Positions 40,242 to 49,034 of a stretch of 64,000 nt of DNA are shown here, piece after piece; the stretch's first letter is position 1; every line of letters starts with the position of its first letter. The notes under the pieces are model-generated. The model made no database searches. It was not told the DNA's origin and worked only from the letters and a program-made list of their open reading frames with translations. A program made the translations under genes and the position numbers. The stretch lies in the NCBI GenBank assembly GCA_045592705.1, contig JAZNVG010000029.1:3704-67703 (forward strand), read 5' to 3'. This DNA comes from Acutalibacteraceae bacterium (GTDB taxonomy: Bacteria > Bacillota > Clostridia > Oscillospirales > Acutalibacteraceae).

Positions 40242-42277
40242 CCGTTGCGAAAACCGCGGGTTTCTGCTTTGGCGTTAACCGAGCCGTTGAACTTACATAT
40301 TCGCTTGTTGACAGCGGCAAAAAAGTATGCACCCTCGGCCCCATTATTCACAATCCGCAGGTTATTGAGGACTTGAAGGACAGGGGAGTCGAGATAATTT
40401 CTTCGCCCGAGGAAGCGCAAAAAGACTCAACTGTTGTCGTGCGTGCGCACGGCGTTGCCGAAAGCGTTATGAAAGCGCTCGAGGAAAGCGGCTGTGAAAT
40501 CTGCGATGCAACCTGCCCCGTTGTGAAAAAAGTTCAGCGTATTGTAAGCGAAAATTCCGCGCCGGATGTACCCGTTGTAATTGCAGGTGACCCTGCTCAC
40601 CCTGAGGTTGTCGGCATCTGCGGTCACGCAAAAGGTGAAACTTTCACCTTCAAAAATTTCGATGAACTTGAAAATCTTTTGAAAAATAATTGTGAATTAT
40701 GCCAAAAAAGAATAATTGTTGTCTCTCAGACAACTTTTAGTGAAAAAGATTGGAAACTTTGTGCGAAAAAAATAAAAATAGACTGTACAAATGCAATTAT
40801 ATTTGATACAATATGTAACGCTACGCATAAACGACAGTGCGAAGCAAGTGAACTTTCAAAGCGCGTTGACCTTATGATTGTCATCGGTGGCAAAGAAAGT
40901 TCCAACACGGCAAAGCTCGGCGCGGTCTGCTCCGAAAACTGCCGCACCTATTTGGTGGAAAGAGCTGACGAGCTCTTGACCATAGATTATTCCCATTGCA
41001 CCCTTATCGGGGTTACGGCAGGTGCGTCAACGCCTGCCCGTATTATAAAGGAGGTACTTTTAAAAATGTCCGAGATTTTAAATGAAACTATTGAGCTTGA
41101 GGAAACTGCAAACGTAGCAGCTGCCCAGCAGGTAGAGGAGGTGCCTTCTAAATCGTTTGACGAAATGAATTTTGATGAGGCACTTGAGGCCTCTCTCAGC
41201 AGCATGAGCACTGACCAGAAGGTTAAGGGTATCGTCATGGGCTTTACCCCCACTGAAATTCAGGTTGATATCGGCAGAAAGCATGCCGGCTTTGTCAGCA
41301 TGGATGAATACAGTGCAGATCCTTCCGCCGATCCCCGCAAGGAACTCAAGATCGGTGACGAAATCGACCTTATCATCATGAAAACAAATGATGCAGAAGG
41401 AACAGTTATGCTTTCAAAGCGTCGTTTTGACGCTCAGAAGTCATGGGTTGACGTTATCGCCGCAGAAGAGAGCGGTGAGGTTCTTGAGGGCACAGTTGTT
41501 GAGGTTATCAGAGGTGGCGTTCTTGTCGTTTATAACGGCGTTCGCGTTTTCATCCCTGCATCCCTTGCAACAGCTAACCGTAATCAGCCTCTTGAGGAAC
41601 TCCTTAAGACAAACGTTAAGTTCCGCATCATTGAGGTTAACAAGCAGCGCAGAAGAGCTGTCGGCTCTGTTCGTGCAGTTCTCAGAGATATCCGTAAGGA
41701 AGCTGAGGAAGCATTCTGGGCATCGGCAACTGTCGGCCAGACATATCACGGCACCGTTAAGTCAATGACAGCTTACGGCGCATTTGTCGATATCGGCGGC
41801 ATTGACGGTATGGTTCACATTTCCGAGCTCTCCTGGAAGCGCATCAAGCATCCGTCAGACGTTTTGGAAATCGGCCAGGAACTCGATGTCTACATAAAGG
41901 CTCTTGACGCTGAGAAGAAAAAGATTTCTCTCGGCTACAAGAGAGATGAGGACAATCCCTGGAAGATCCTCGAAAACAACTATCCTGTCGGTTCTGTCGT
42001 TGAGGCAGAGGTTGTCGGAATGACAACATTCGGCGCTTTTGCTAAGGTTATCCCCGGCATCGACGGTCTTATCCACATTTCACAGATTGCTGACCGCCGC
42101 ATTGAAAAGCCCCAGGATGCACTTACAGTCGGTGAGAAGGTAACTGTTAAGATTACAGCTATCGACTTTGACAAGAAGCGCGTCAGCCTTTCAATCCGTG
42201 CTCTTATGGAGCCCGAGGCAACAGAAGAACCCGCTGAGGAAGCTGTTGAAGCAGTTGCTGAAGAAGCTGCTGAATAA
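40232..42277 (+). CDS. ispH: Bifunctional IspH (HMBPP reductase) / 30S ribosomal protein S1 fusion
   Basis: AGFCFGV, DATCP, TICNAT, SSN, AGASTP followed by four S1 repeats; probable TTG start at 40232. Confidence 0.95.
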   Translation: MRITVAKTAGFCFGVNRAVELTYSLVDSGKKVCTLGPIIHNPQVIEDLKDRGVEIISSPEEAQKDSTVVVRAHGVAESVMKALEESGCEICDATCPVVKKVQRIVSENSAPDVPVVIAGDPAHPEVVGICGHAKGETFTFKNFDELENLLKNNCELCQKRIIVVSQTTFSEKDWKLCAKKIKIDCTNAIIFDTICNATHKRQCEASELSKRVDLMIVIGGKESSNTAKLGAVCSENCRTYLVERADELLTIDYSHCTLIGVTAGASTPARIIKEVLLKMSEILNETIELEETANVAAAQQVEEVPSKSFDEMNFDEALEASLSSMSTDQKVKGIVMGFTPTEIQVDIGRKHAGFVSMDEYSADPSADPRKELKIGDEIDLIIMKTNDAEGTVMLSKRRFDAQKSWVDVIAAEESGEVLEGTVVEVIRGGVLVVYNGVRVFIPASLATANRNQPLEELLKTNVKFRIIEVNKQRRRAVGSVRAVLRDIRKEAEEAFWASATVGQTYHGTVKSMTAYGAFVDIGGIDGMVHISELSWKRIKHPSDVLEIGQELDVYIKALDAEKKKISLGYKRDEDNPWKILENNYPVGSVVEAEVVGMTTFGAFAKVIPGIDGLIHISQIADRRIEKPQDALTVGEKVTVKITAIDFDKKRVSLSIRALMEPEATEEPAEEAVEAVAEEAAE

Positions 42278-42290
42278 TAGCACACATTTC

Positions 42291-42320
42291 GGCCGCCTGC
42301 GTTTTTCGCCGGCGGCTTTT
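42291..42320 (+). terminator. Probable terminator after ispH-rpsA
   Basis: GCCGCC...GGCGGC stem followed by TTTT. Confidence 0.6.
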
Positions 42321-42356
42321 GTGATAATTGTTTTATGACATTCGTTTTACATTGGA

Positions 42357-43280
42357 GTGGTATATATCAAAAAGCAACAACTTAAAGGCGGCATAATGCT
42401 TGTGCTGGCGGCACTTATCTGGGGTGTTTCTTTTGTTGCGCAAAGTGTTGGCATGGAAACGGTTGAAGCGTTTACCTTTAACGGTATCCGTATGCTTATC
42501 GGCGGCATTGTATTGCTTCCTTTGGTCTTTATTAGACTCAGAAAGCAGTTCAAAGCCCCCGAAAAGACAAAAGAAACAAAGAAAAAAGAATTTTCCGTGC
42601 TTATTAAAGCGAGCCTTGCGTGCGGCGGTTTGCTTTGCATTGCGAGCAACCTGCAACAGCTTGCTTTCACCTATGATATGGAGGTCGGCAAAGTCGGTTT
42701 TATCACCGCACTTTATATGGTTTTTGTGCCCGTCTTTGGCTTCTTTGTCGGCAGAAGGGCTCGCCTCACGGGCTGGATTGGCGTTATTCTCGGCACAATC
42801 GGTCTTTACCTTCTTTGTATGACAGAGGGATTCTCATCTGTCGGTGTGGGCGATTTTCTTGTGCTTGGCTGTGCTGTTTTTTATGCACTCCATATTCTTG
42901 TTATCGACAGATTTATTGACCGCGTTGATGACATCAGTCTTTCCTGCGCCCAGTATCTTGTCAGCGGTATAATTTCCGCTGTGTTTATGTTTGCATTTGA
43001 AACTCCGCAAATTTCCGCAATTGTTGCAACGGCACCCACTATTCTTTATGCCGGTGTTATGAGCTGTGGCGTTGCATTCACATTTCAGGTTGTCGGCCAG
43101 AAAAGTGTTGAGCCCACGGTTGCTTCGTTACTTCTGTGCCTTGAGTCGGTTTTCTCCGTGCTTTTCGGTTGGATACTGCTGGACGAGGTGCTTTCAACGC
43201 GTGAATTTATCGGTTGCGCAGTTATGTTTGCGGCTGTACTGATTTCCCAGATACCCGAAAAAAAGAAGATAAGGGGATGA
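42357..43280 (+). CDS. DMT/EamA family transporter
   Basis: ALIWGVSFVAQ, GFITALYMVFVP, ESVFSVLFG; 10-TM pattern (start may be 42396). Confidence 0.92.
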   Translation: MVYIKKQQLKGGIMLVLAALIWGVSFVAQSVGMETVEAFTFNGIRMLIGGIVLLPLVFIRLRKQFKAPEKTKETKKKEFSVLIKASLACGGLLCIASNLQQLAFTYDMEVGKVGFITALYMVFVPVFGFFVGRRARLTGWIGVILGTIGLYLLCMTEGFSSVGVGDFLVLGCAVFYALHILVIDRFIDRVDDISLSCAQYLVSGIISAVFMFAFETPQISAIVATAPTILYAGVMSCGVAFTFQVVGQKSVEPTVASLLLCLESVFSVLFGWILLDEVLSTREFIGCAVMFAAVLISQIPEKKKIRG

Positions 43281-43284
43281 GGCG

Positions 43285-44784
43285 ATGTATAGATTAATCT
43301 CGCTTGTGCTTTCAGCTGTTATGGTGTTTGCGGGCACTGCCGTTAATACGGTCGATTCTGTGCTTGATTCCGTGTCAGAAATGCTTTTCGGTCTTCCTTT
43401 TACTGATTATGCGGTTGAAAGTGATTTTCTTGATTCGGCTGATGACAGCAATATTGAAAAACTTTCAGGCAGCTTGGGGTATGCCCGAGACACGGTTATT
43501 GTTTTTCTTAAAAGTGATGTCGGATTTAAAGAAAAACGTGCGGTTTTTGAAGAATATGCTGACGGCGGAATTGTTGTCGGTTGGTATGCCCCTGCAAGTC
43601 TTTATGTTATAAAATATCCGTTTGCAGATTATAACACTTTAATTGCAAAGAGTGAAAAACTGAGCGAAAACGAAAATGTCGCTTATGCCGGTCTCAGTTA
43701 TGCAAGGCATTATGAAAGCCAGTGGACTCCCAATGACCCCTTTGACCCCGAAGAAGAAAACATCTGGGATGAAGCATCGCCCGACGGTGCAAATTGGTGG
43801 CTTGAGGCAATTAATGCAAGACAGGCTTGGGATTATTCTCAATATTTCAAGAAAGTCAGACTCGGTGTTGTTGACAGCGGTTTTTATACCGAACAGCCCG
43901 ATTTGAAAGGGAAAATATTCTTCCCCAATGCACTTTCGGCATGGTTGAATTCCTGGAATTATCACGGCTCACACGTTGCGGGAATTATTGCCGCACAGGC
44001 TGATAACGGTGTCGGTATTGCGGGTGTCTGTCAGACGGCAGAACTTGTCTGTTGTGACTGGCAACCTTCGGCTTTACAGTTCTGGATTGAAGACCTTGCC
44101 ATTTTCTTCTCCATCGGCAAAGTCATTAAATCGGGCGCAAAAGCTGTTAATCTTTCCTTCGGCCTTGTGGTGGACGGTGAAAAAGCACCGTGGTATTTTG
44201 TAAGTTCCGACGCAACGATTTATTCGATTTATATGGCATCTTTGCTTGATAAAGGCTATGATTTTGTTGTGGTTCAGTCTGCCGGTAACGGTAACGCTGA
44301 CGGTTTGCCGATTGACTCTGTGAACAACGGCACTTTTGCCAGCATAACGCCCGAAACCGTAACGAATTACGGTTATGAGCACATTCCGACAAGTGAGCTG
44401 CTCGACCGCATTATTATTGTTGCGGCGGCTGAAAATCTTGGTGAAGGCAATTACCGCCTTTCTTCTTATTCAAACACGGGCAGATATGTTTCAATTGCCG
44501 CACCCGGTGAAAATATTTACAGCTGTGTCAATGAAGATGATGCTTATTATTATCTTTCGGGCACATCAATGGCGGCGCCGGTTGTAACGGGTGTCTGCGG
44601 GCTTGTGTGGTCGGTCAATCCGTCATTTACGGGCAAGCAGGTCAAAGAAATTGTCTGCTCAAGCACAAAAGATGTTGCCCAAAAATATGTCGGTGAGGGT
44701 TATTATACCTCTGTTGAATACCGCGATATTCCGATGGTAAATGCTCAGCTTGCCGTTGAAAAAGCAATAGAATATATTCATTAA
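43285..44784 (+). CDS. Secreted S8 (subtilisin-like) serine peptidase
   Basis: Signal peptide; catalytic triad VVDSG, HGSHVAG, GTSMAAP; oxyanion SAGN. Confidence 0.94.
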   Translation: MYRLISLVLSAVMVFAGTAVNTVDSVLDSVSEMLFGLPFTDYAVESDFLDSADDSNIEKLSGSLGYARDTVIVFLKSDVGFKEKRAVFEEYADGGIVVGWYAPASLYVIKYPFADYNTLIAKSEKLSENENVAYAGLSYARHYESQWTPNDPFDPEEENIWDEASPDGANWWLEAINARQAWDYSQYFKKVRLGVVDSGFYTEQPDLKGKIFFPNALSAWLNSWNYHGSHVAGIIAAQADNGVGIAGVCQTAELVCCDWQPSALQFWIEDLAIFFSIGKVIKSGAKAVNLSFGLVVDGEKAPWYFVSSDATIYSIYMASLLDKGYDFVVVQSAGNGNADGLPIDSVNNGTFASITPETVTNYGYEHIPTSELLDRIIIVAAAENLGEGNYRLSSYSNTGRYVSIAAPGENIYSCVNEDDAYYYLSGTSMAAPVVTGVCGLVWSVNPSFTGKQVKEIVCSSTKDVAQKYVGEGYYTSVEYRDIPMVNAQLAVEKAIEYIH

Positions 44785-44788
44785 AAAC

Positions 44789-44857
44789 AGAGCACGGTTG
44801 GAAATCGTGTAACGGGCTATAACCTGTTCGAGGGTTCGAATCCCTTGCTCTCCGCCA
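44789..44857 (+). pseudogene. 5'-truncated tRNA-Ser(GGA): 3' two-thirds only
   Basis: Anticodon stem CACGG/TCGTG with loop TTGGAAA, 6-bp variable arm, T-arm GAGGG-TTCGAAT-CCCTT, 3' acceptor strand GCTCTCC-G-CCA; no 5' acceptor strand or D-loop upstream (S8 stop codon is 4 nt before). Confidence 0.88.
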
Positions 44858-44858
44858 G

Positions 44859-44893
44859 AACCCCATGGAAGTAATAGCTTCTGTGGGGTTTTT
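44859..44893 (+). terminator. Terminator directly after the tRNA remnant
   Basis: AACCCCATGGAAG / CTTCTGTGGGGTT stem + T run. Confidence 0.75.
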
Positions 44894-44898
44894 CTTAT

Positions 44899-45073
44899 GC
44901 TTTCAGCCACAGAAAAGCATACACAAAACCCACTTTCGGCGACGAAAAGATGACGACAGGGCGAGCATATATACCTATGGTCGGCAAGATAATCCCTTAT
45001 CGTCGTCGGTTGATGCTTTTGTAGTGGATTTTTTGATGTGGGTATGATATAATTCAAATCAACAAATAAGATT
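44899..45073 (+). repeat. Repeat copy A (degenerate X module + full Y/promoter module)
   Basis: GCTTTCA-N11-GCATACA-N8-ACTTTC..CGACGAAAAGA; TATGGTCGGCAAGAT (44976-44990); 37-nt promoter block 45024-45060. Confidence 0.85.
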
Positions 45074-45107
45074 TTATGAGCCGATTAAAAAAATCAGGGA
45101 GATTCCT

Positions 45108-47450
45108 ATGAACATTTTACAGACAATTATTTCTTATCTTGCAATAGCGGCAGCTTTTATTTCTTCTTGTTTTTCGTTTGGTGATTCGGCAATGATACCT
45201 TATACAAATTATTACAAGATTCCCGACAGTATTCCCGAATACAGTGTGATTTCCACGCAGGAGAAAACCGAGTGGAAAGCCAAATGGATCTGGGATAAGG
45301 AAAACCTGACGTAGAAAAATGTCTGGATGTGCTTTAATAAAAAGGTCAGTCTTGATACGATTCCCGAAGAACTTACTGCCGACATCTCAGCCGACTCGAA
45401 ATATTGGCTTTACATAAACGGAGAAACCGTTGTTTTTGAGGGCAGCGTGAAACGAGGCCCCGATAAAAACAGCGGATATTATGACAGTATAGATATTGCA
45501 CCTTATCACAAAGAGGGTGAAAACTCAATTTGTGCTTTGGTGTGGTTCTGGGATAATGAAACAAGCTATTCATACAGTAGCAGCGGTCAGGGAGGTTTCA
45601 TTTTTGAAGCCATAGGGGAAAACATCACCGTAATTTCCGACAAAAGCTGGAAGGTGAAAAGGAACAGTGCTTATGTTGACAGCATTCTTTATCCTCCAAA
45701 TTACAGACTTCCCGAATACAGTATTTATTTCGATGCAAGGAAAGATCCGGGCGATTGGATAGACGAAGCCTATGATGTTTCAGATTGGGAAAATGCAACC
45801 GAATATGCCGTCGGCGGCGAGGGTGCTTACGGCAAGCTTTATCCGAGAGGAATACCGTTTTTAAAGGATTACGGTCTTAAAGATTACGAAAATTCAAAGG
45901 ATTATGAAAACTATACCGTAAAGAAGCTTTTCGGCGAAAAAATCACTGTAGATGTTCCCTATAACGCACAGCTTACTCCCTATCTTAAAATCATAGCACC
46001 TAAAGGCAAAAAGATTCGCATAACAACGGAAAACACCTTAATCGGCGCAGTTTCAACTACCTACATAACAAGAGAGGGAGAGCAGGAGTTTGAAGCTTTA
46101 GGCTGGTTTAACGGCGAGCATATTACTTATAAAATACCGAGAGGCGTTACGGTTGTTTCTTTGATGTACCGTGAAACGGGATACGACAGCTTATTCTGCG
46201 GTGACTTCAAGTGCGATGATGAATTTCTGAATTCGCTGTGGCAAAAATCCCTGCGTACTCTCTATGTTACAATGCGTGACAGTTTTATGGACTGTCCCGA
46301 CAGAGAAAGAGCCCAATGGTGGGGCGATGTCACAAGTGAAATGATTATGACGATGTACTCTATGGACAGCAATTCCTATCTGCTGTATCAAAAGGGTGTT
46401 GAGGCTATGCTTTCTCACGTTGATGACACAAAAGTGCTTCAGACCGTTGTGCCCATAAGCGGTGACTATTTTGAGCTTCCCGTTCAGCAGCTTGCAGGAA
46501 TCGTCGGTTTCCTCACTTACTATGAATATACCGGCGACAAGGCTTTTATCGAAAAGGTTTATGATGCTTCCCTTGACTACCTGAAGCTTTGGGAAATCGG
46601 TGAAAATAATCTTGTTGTGCATAGAGGCGGCTCGTGGGATTGGGCTGATTGGGGCAAAAAGGCAGATATGACAGCCATCGAAAACGCCTGGGTTTACTAT
46701 GCTCTTTCCGCCGCAGAGGAGATGGCGGAGCTTTTGGGAAAAGACGAGGACATCTCATTTATTACCGAAAGAAAAGATACTATCTCAAAGGGGTATAAGA
46801 CTCTTTGGAATGAAGAAGGCTTCAAAAGTAAAAAAGTAAGAAAACCCGACGACAGAGCCAATGCCCTTGCGGTATTGTCGGGGCTTGCAGAAAAAGAGCA
46901 GTATGATACTATTACAAATGTACTCACAACCGCTAAAAATTCAAGCCCGTATATGGAATACTATGTTCTTGAAGCTCTTTGCAAAATGGGGAAATATGAA
47001 GCGGCAAAAGACAGAATTAAGGACAGATACGAGGGCATGATGAGCGAGAATTATTCTACTCTCTGGGAATTCTGGGACTCCTGGCGAGGCACCAAGAATC
47101 ACGCTTGGAGCGGCGGCCCTCTTGTAATAATGAGTAAGCATTTTGCAGGCATCACTCCCCTTGAAGCAGGCTATGAAAAGGTTAAAATCGAGCCTCAATA
47201 CACTCTGTCCGACCGTATGAACTGTACCGTTCCGAGCGTAAAAGGGTTAATCACTCTGAATTATAAAAGGACTTCCGGGGATTATATTATCGACCTTACT
47301 CTCCCGCAAGGAATGAAAGCTGTTTTATATGTACCGACCGGTTCTGTTGTAAACATCAATTCAGAGGTTTATTATCAAAACGGTGAGTATGTAAAAAGCG
47401 ACATCATCGGTGATGTGGAGATTGCAGAAAAAGCGCTCGATAACGGATAA
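45108..47450 (+). pseudogene. GH78 alpha-L-rhamnosidase-like gene interrupted by an in-frame TAG at 45312-45314
   Basis: ORFs 45108-45314 and 45327-47450 share a frame (WIWDKENLT*KNVWMCF); DCPDRERAQWWGD, STLWEFW, NHAWSGGP; N-terminal hydrophobic signal. Confidence 0.85.
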
Positions 47451-47489
47451 GGTAAATTTCAATTTATCGAAATAAACAATAAAACTGTT

Positions 47490-47526
47490 AAGTGCAATGG
47501 GATGTGAAATCCTGTTGCACTTTTTT
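47490..47526 (+). terminator. Terminator-like hairpin after the GH78 gene
   Basis: AAGTGCAA..GGGAT / ATCC..TTGCACTT + T6. Confidence 0.7.
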
Positions 47527-47547
47527 ATTTGTAAAGGAGCAAATCAA

Positions 47548-47596
47548 ATGAAACAAACAACACTTGAAGATTTATTCTACGGTAATATTGACTCTT
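47548..47596 (+). pseudogene. N-terminal stub of a DUF6809-like small protein, cut at the repeat boundary
   Basis: AAAGGAG RBS + MKQTTLEDLFYGNI (resembles the 'ILEELYYGNI' start of DUF6809 proteins, from recall); after codon 16 the frame runs into repeat B. Confidence 0.5.
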
Positions 47597-47786
47597 ACAA
47601 AGTAACCAAGCTTTCAAAGCCTGTATGCACACAGTCAGAGGACTTCCACGACGAAAAGACGACGACAGACCGAGCAGAAATATCCATATGGTCGGCAAGA
47701 TGTTCCTTTACTGTCGGCATATGATGTTTTTATTGTGGATTTTTTAATGTGGGTATGATATAATTCAAATCGGTAAATAAGAATTT
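47597..47786 (+). repeat. Repeat copy B (full X + Y modules)
   Basis: 47597-47647 is 50/51 identical to 49035-49085; 47735-47771 is 36/37 identical to 45024-45060; 47687-47701 is identical to 44976-44990. Confidence 0.93.
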
Positions 47787-47819
47787 ACAGATTGTTTTAG
47801 TTTGATTGGAGGTATTTTT

Positions 47820-48998
47820 ATGAAATATCGTGAGGATAAATACGGCAATAAACTTTCTGCTTTAGGCTTCGGCTGTATGCGATTTAAAAAGAAAATGGGC
47901 AGAATAAATATGGAGGATGCAGAGCGTCAGATAATGTCAGCTTTTAATAAGGGCGTAAATTATTTTGACACAGCATTTATTTATCCCGGAAGCGAATCGG
48001 CAATAGGAGAAATTTTTGAAAAAAACAATATCCGCGACCAAGTCTATATTGCAACAAAACTTCCTCCACAGCTTATGCGCAGTACAGATATACTTGATAA
48101 GCTTTTTAACGAACAGTTAAAAAGACTTCGTACGGATCATATTGATTTTTATCTTATGCATATGATGGCCGACATTAAGATTTGGGAACGTCTGAAAAGT
48201 ATAGGAATTGAAAAGTGGATAGAAGAGAAAAAAGCAAGCGGTGCAATTCGTCAGATCGGATTTTCATATCATGGCGGTTCGGATATGTTCTGCAAAATTA
48301 TTGATGCTTATGACTGGGATATGTGTCTTATTCAGTATAACTATATGGATGAACATACTCAGGCAGGGCGTAAAGGCTTGAATTATGCCAACGAAAAGGG
48401 GATTCCCGTTATGATTATGGAGCCTCTTCGCGGCGGCAGACTTGTCAATAATCTTCCGTCGGATGCAAAACGGATTTTTGATGAGCATACCGTTAAACAC
48501 ACTCCTGCGCAGTGGGCATTTCGCTGGCTGTGGAATCAGCCTGAGGTCACGGTTGTGCTTTCGGGCATGAATTCAGATGAAATGGTAGAGGATAATATCA
48601 AAACTGCATCTGACACCGAAATCGGCGAGTTGACCGCCAACGATGAAGAAATGCTTAAGAGAGTTGTTAAAGCTATCAACGCAAAGATGAAAGTTCCTTG
48701 TACCGGATGCGGATACTGTATGCCCTGCCCTCAAAACGTTAATATCAGCGGAACTTTTTCTGCATATAACCGTCGTTTTACCGATAGCAGCTTTGCTGGC
48801 TTCAAAGAGTATATCAAAAATACAATTTCACAGCAATATGCACCGGTATCAAAATGCGTAGGCTGTGGAAAATGCGAAAAGCATTGTCCGCAGAGCATTG
48901 AGATAAGAAAACAGCTCAAAGAAGCCGAAAAAGAGCTTGAAAGCAACGCGTACAAAGCGCTCAGCAAAGTTGTATCGGTGTTCGGAAAGAACAAATAA
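47820..48998 (+). CDS. Aldo/keto reductase with C-terminal 4Fe-4S dicluster domain (second paralog, cassette cargo)
   Basis: GFGCMRF, NYFDTAFIY, IDFYLMH, IMEPLRGG; CTGCGYCMPC and CVGCGKCEKHCP; start after GGAGG. Confidence 0.92.
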   Translation: MKYREDKYGNKLSALGFGCMRFKKKMGRINMEDAERQIMSAFNKGVNYFDTAFIYPGSESAIGEIFEKNNIRDQVYIATKLPPQLMRSTDILDKLFNEQLKRLRTDHIDFYLMHMMADIKIWERLKSIGIEKWIEEKKASGAIRQIGFSYHGGSDMFCKIIDAYDWDMCLIQYNYMDEHTQAGRKGLNYANEKGIPVMIMEPLRGGRLVNNLPSDAKRIFDEHTVKHTPAQWAFRWLWNQPEVTVVLSGMNSDEMVEDNIKTASDTEIGELTANDEEMLKRVVKAINAKMKVPCTGCGYCMPCPQNVNISGTFSAYNRRFTDSSFAGFKEYIKNTISQQYAPVSKCVGCGKCEKHCPQSIEIRKQLKEAEKELESNAYKALSKVVSVFGKNK

Positions 48999-49034
48999 CA
49001 TATACTATATACAGAAAATTTGCAGAATGTTTTG

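Noticed and set aside
44642-45057. Short ORFs over the tRNA remnant and repeat A
   Set aside because: They overlap structured non-coding sequence and have no RBS or coding signature
45312-45314. Pyrrolysine or programmed amber recoding in GH78
   Set aside because: No pyl genes or tRNA-Pyl in the window, and TAG terminates other genes here (e.g. the kinase at 58821 and yabM at 60680); a nonsense mutation or error is simpler
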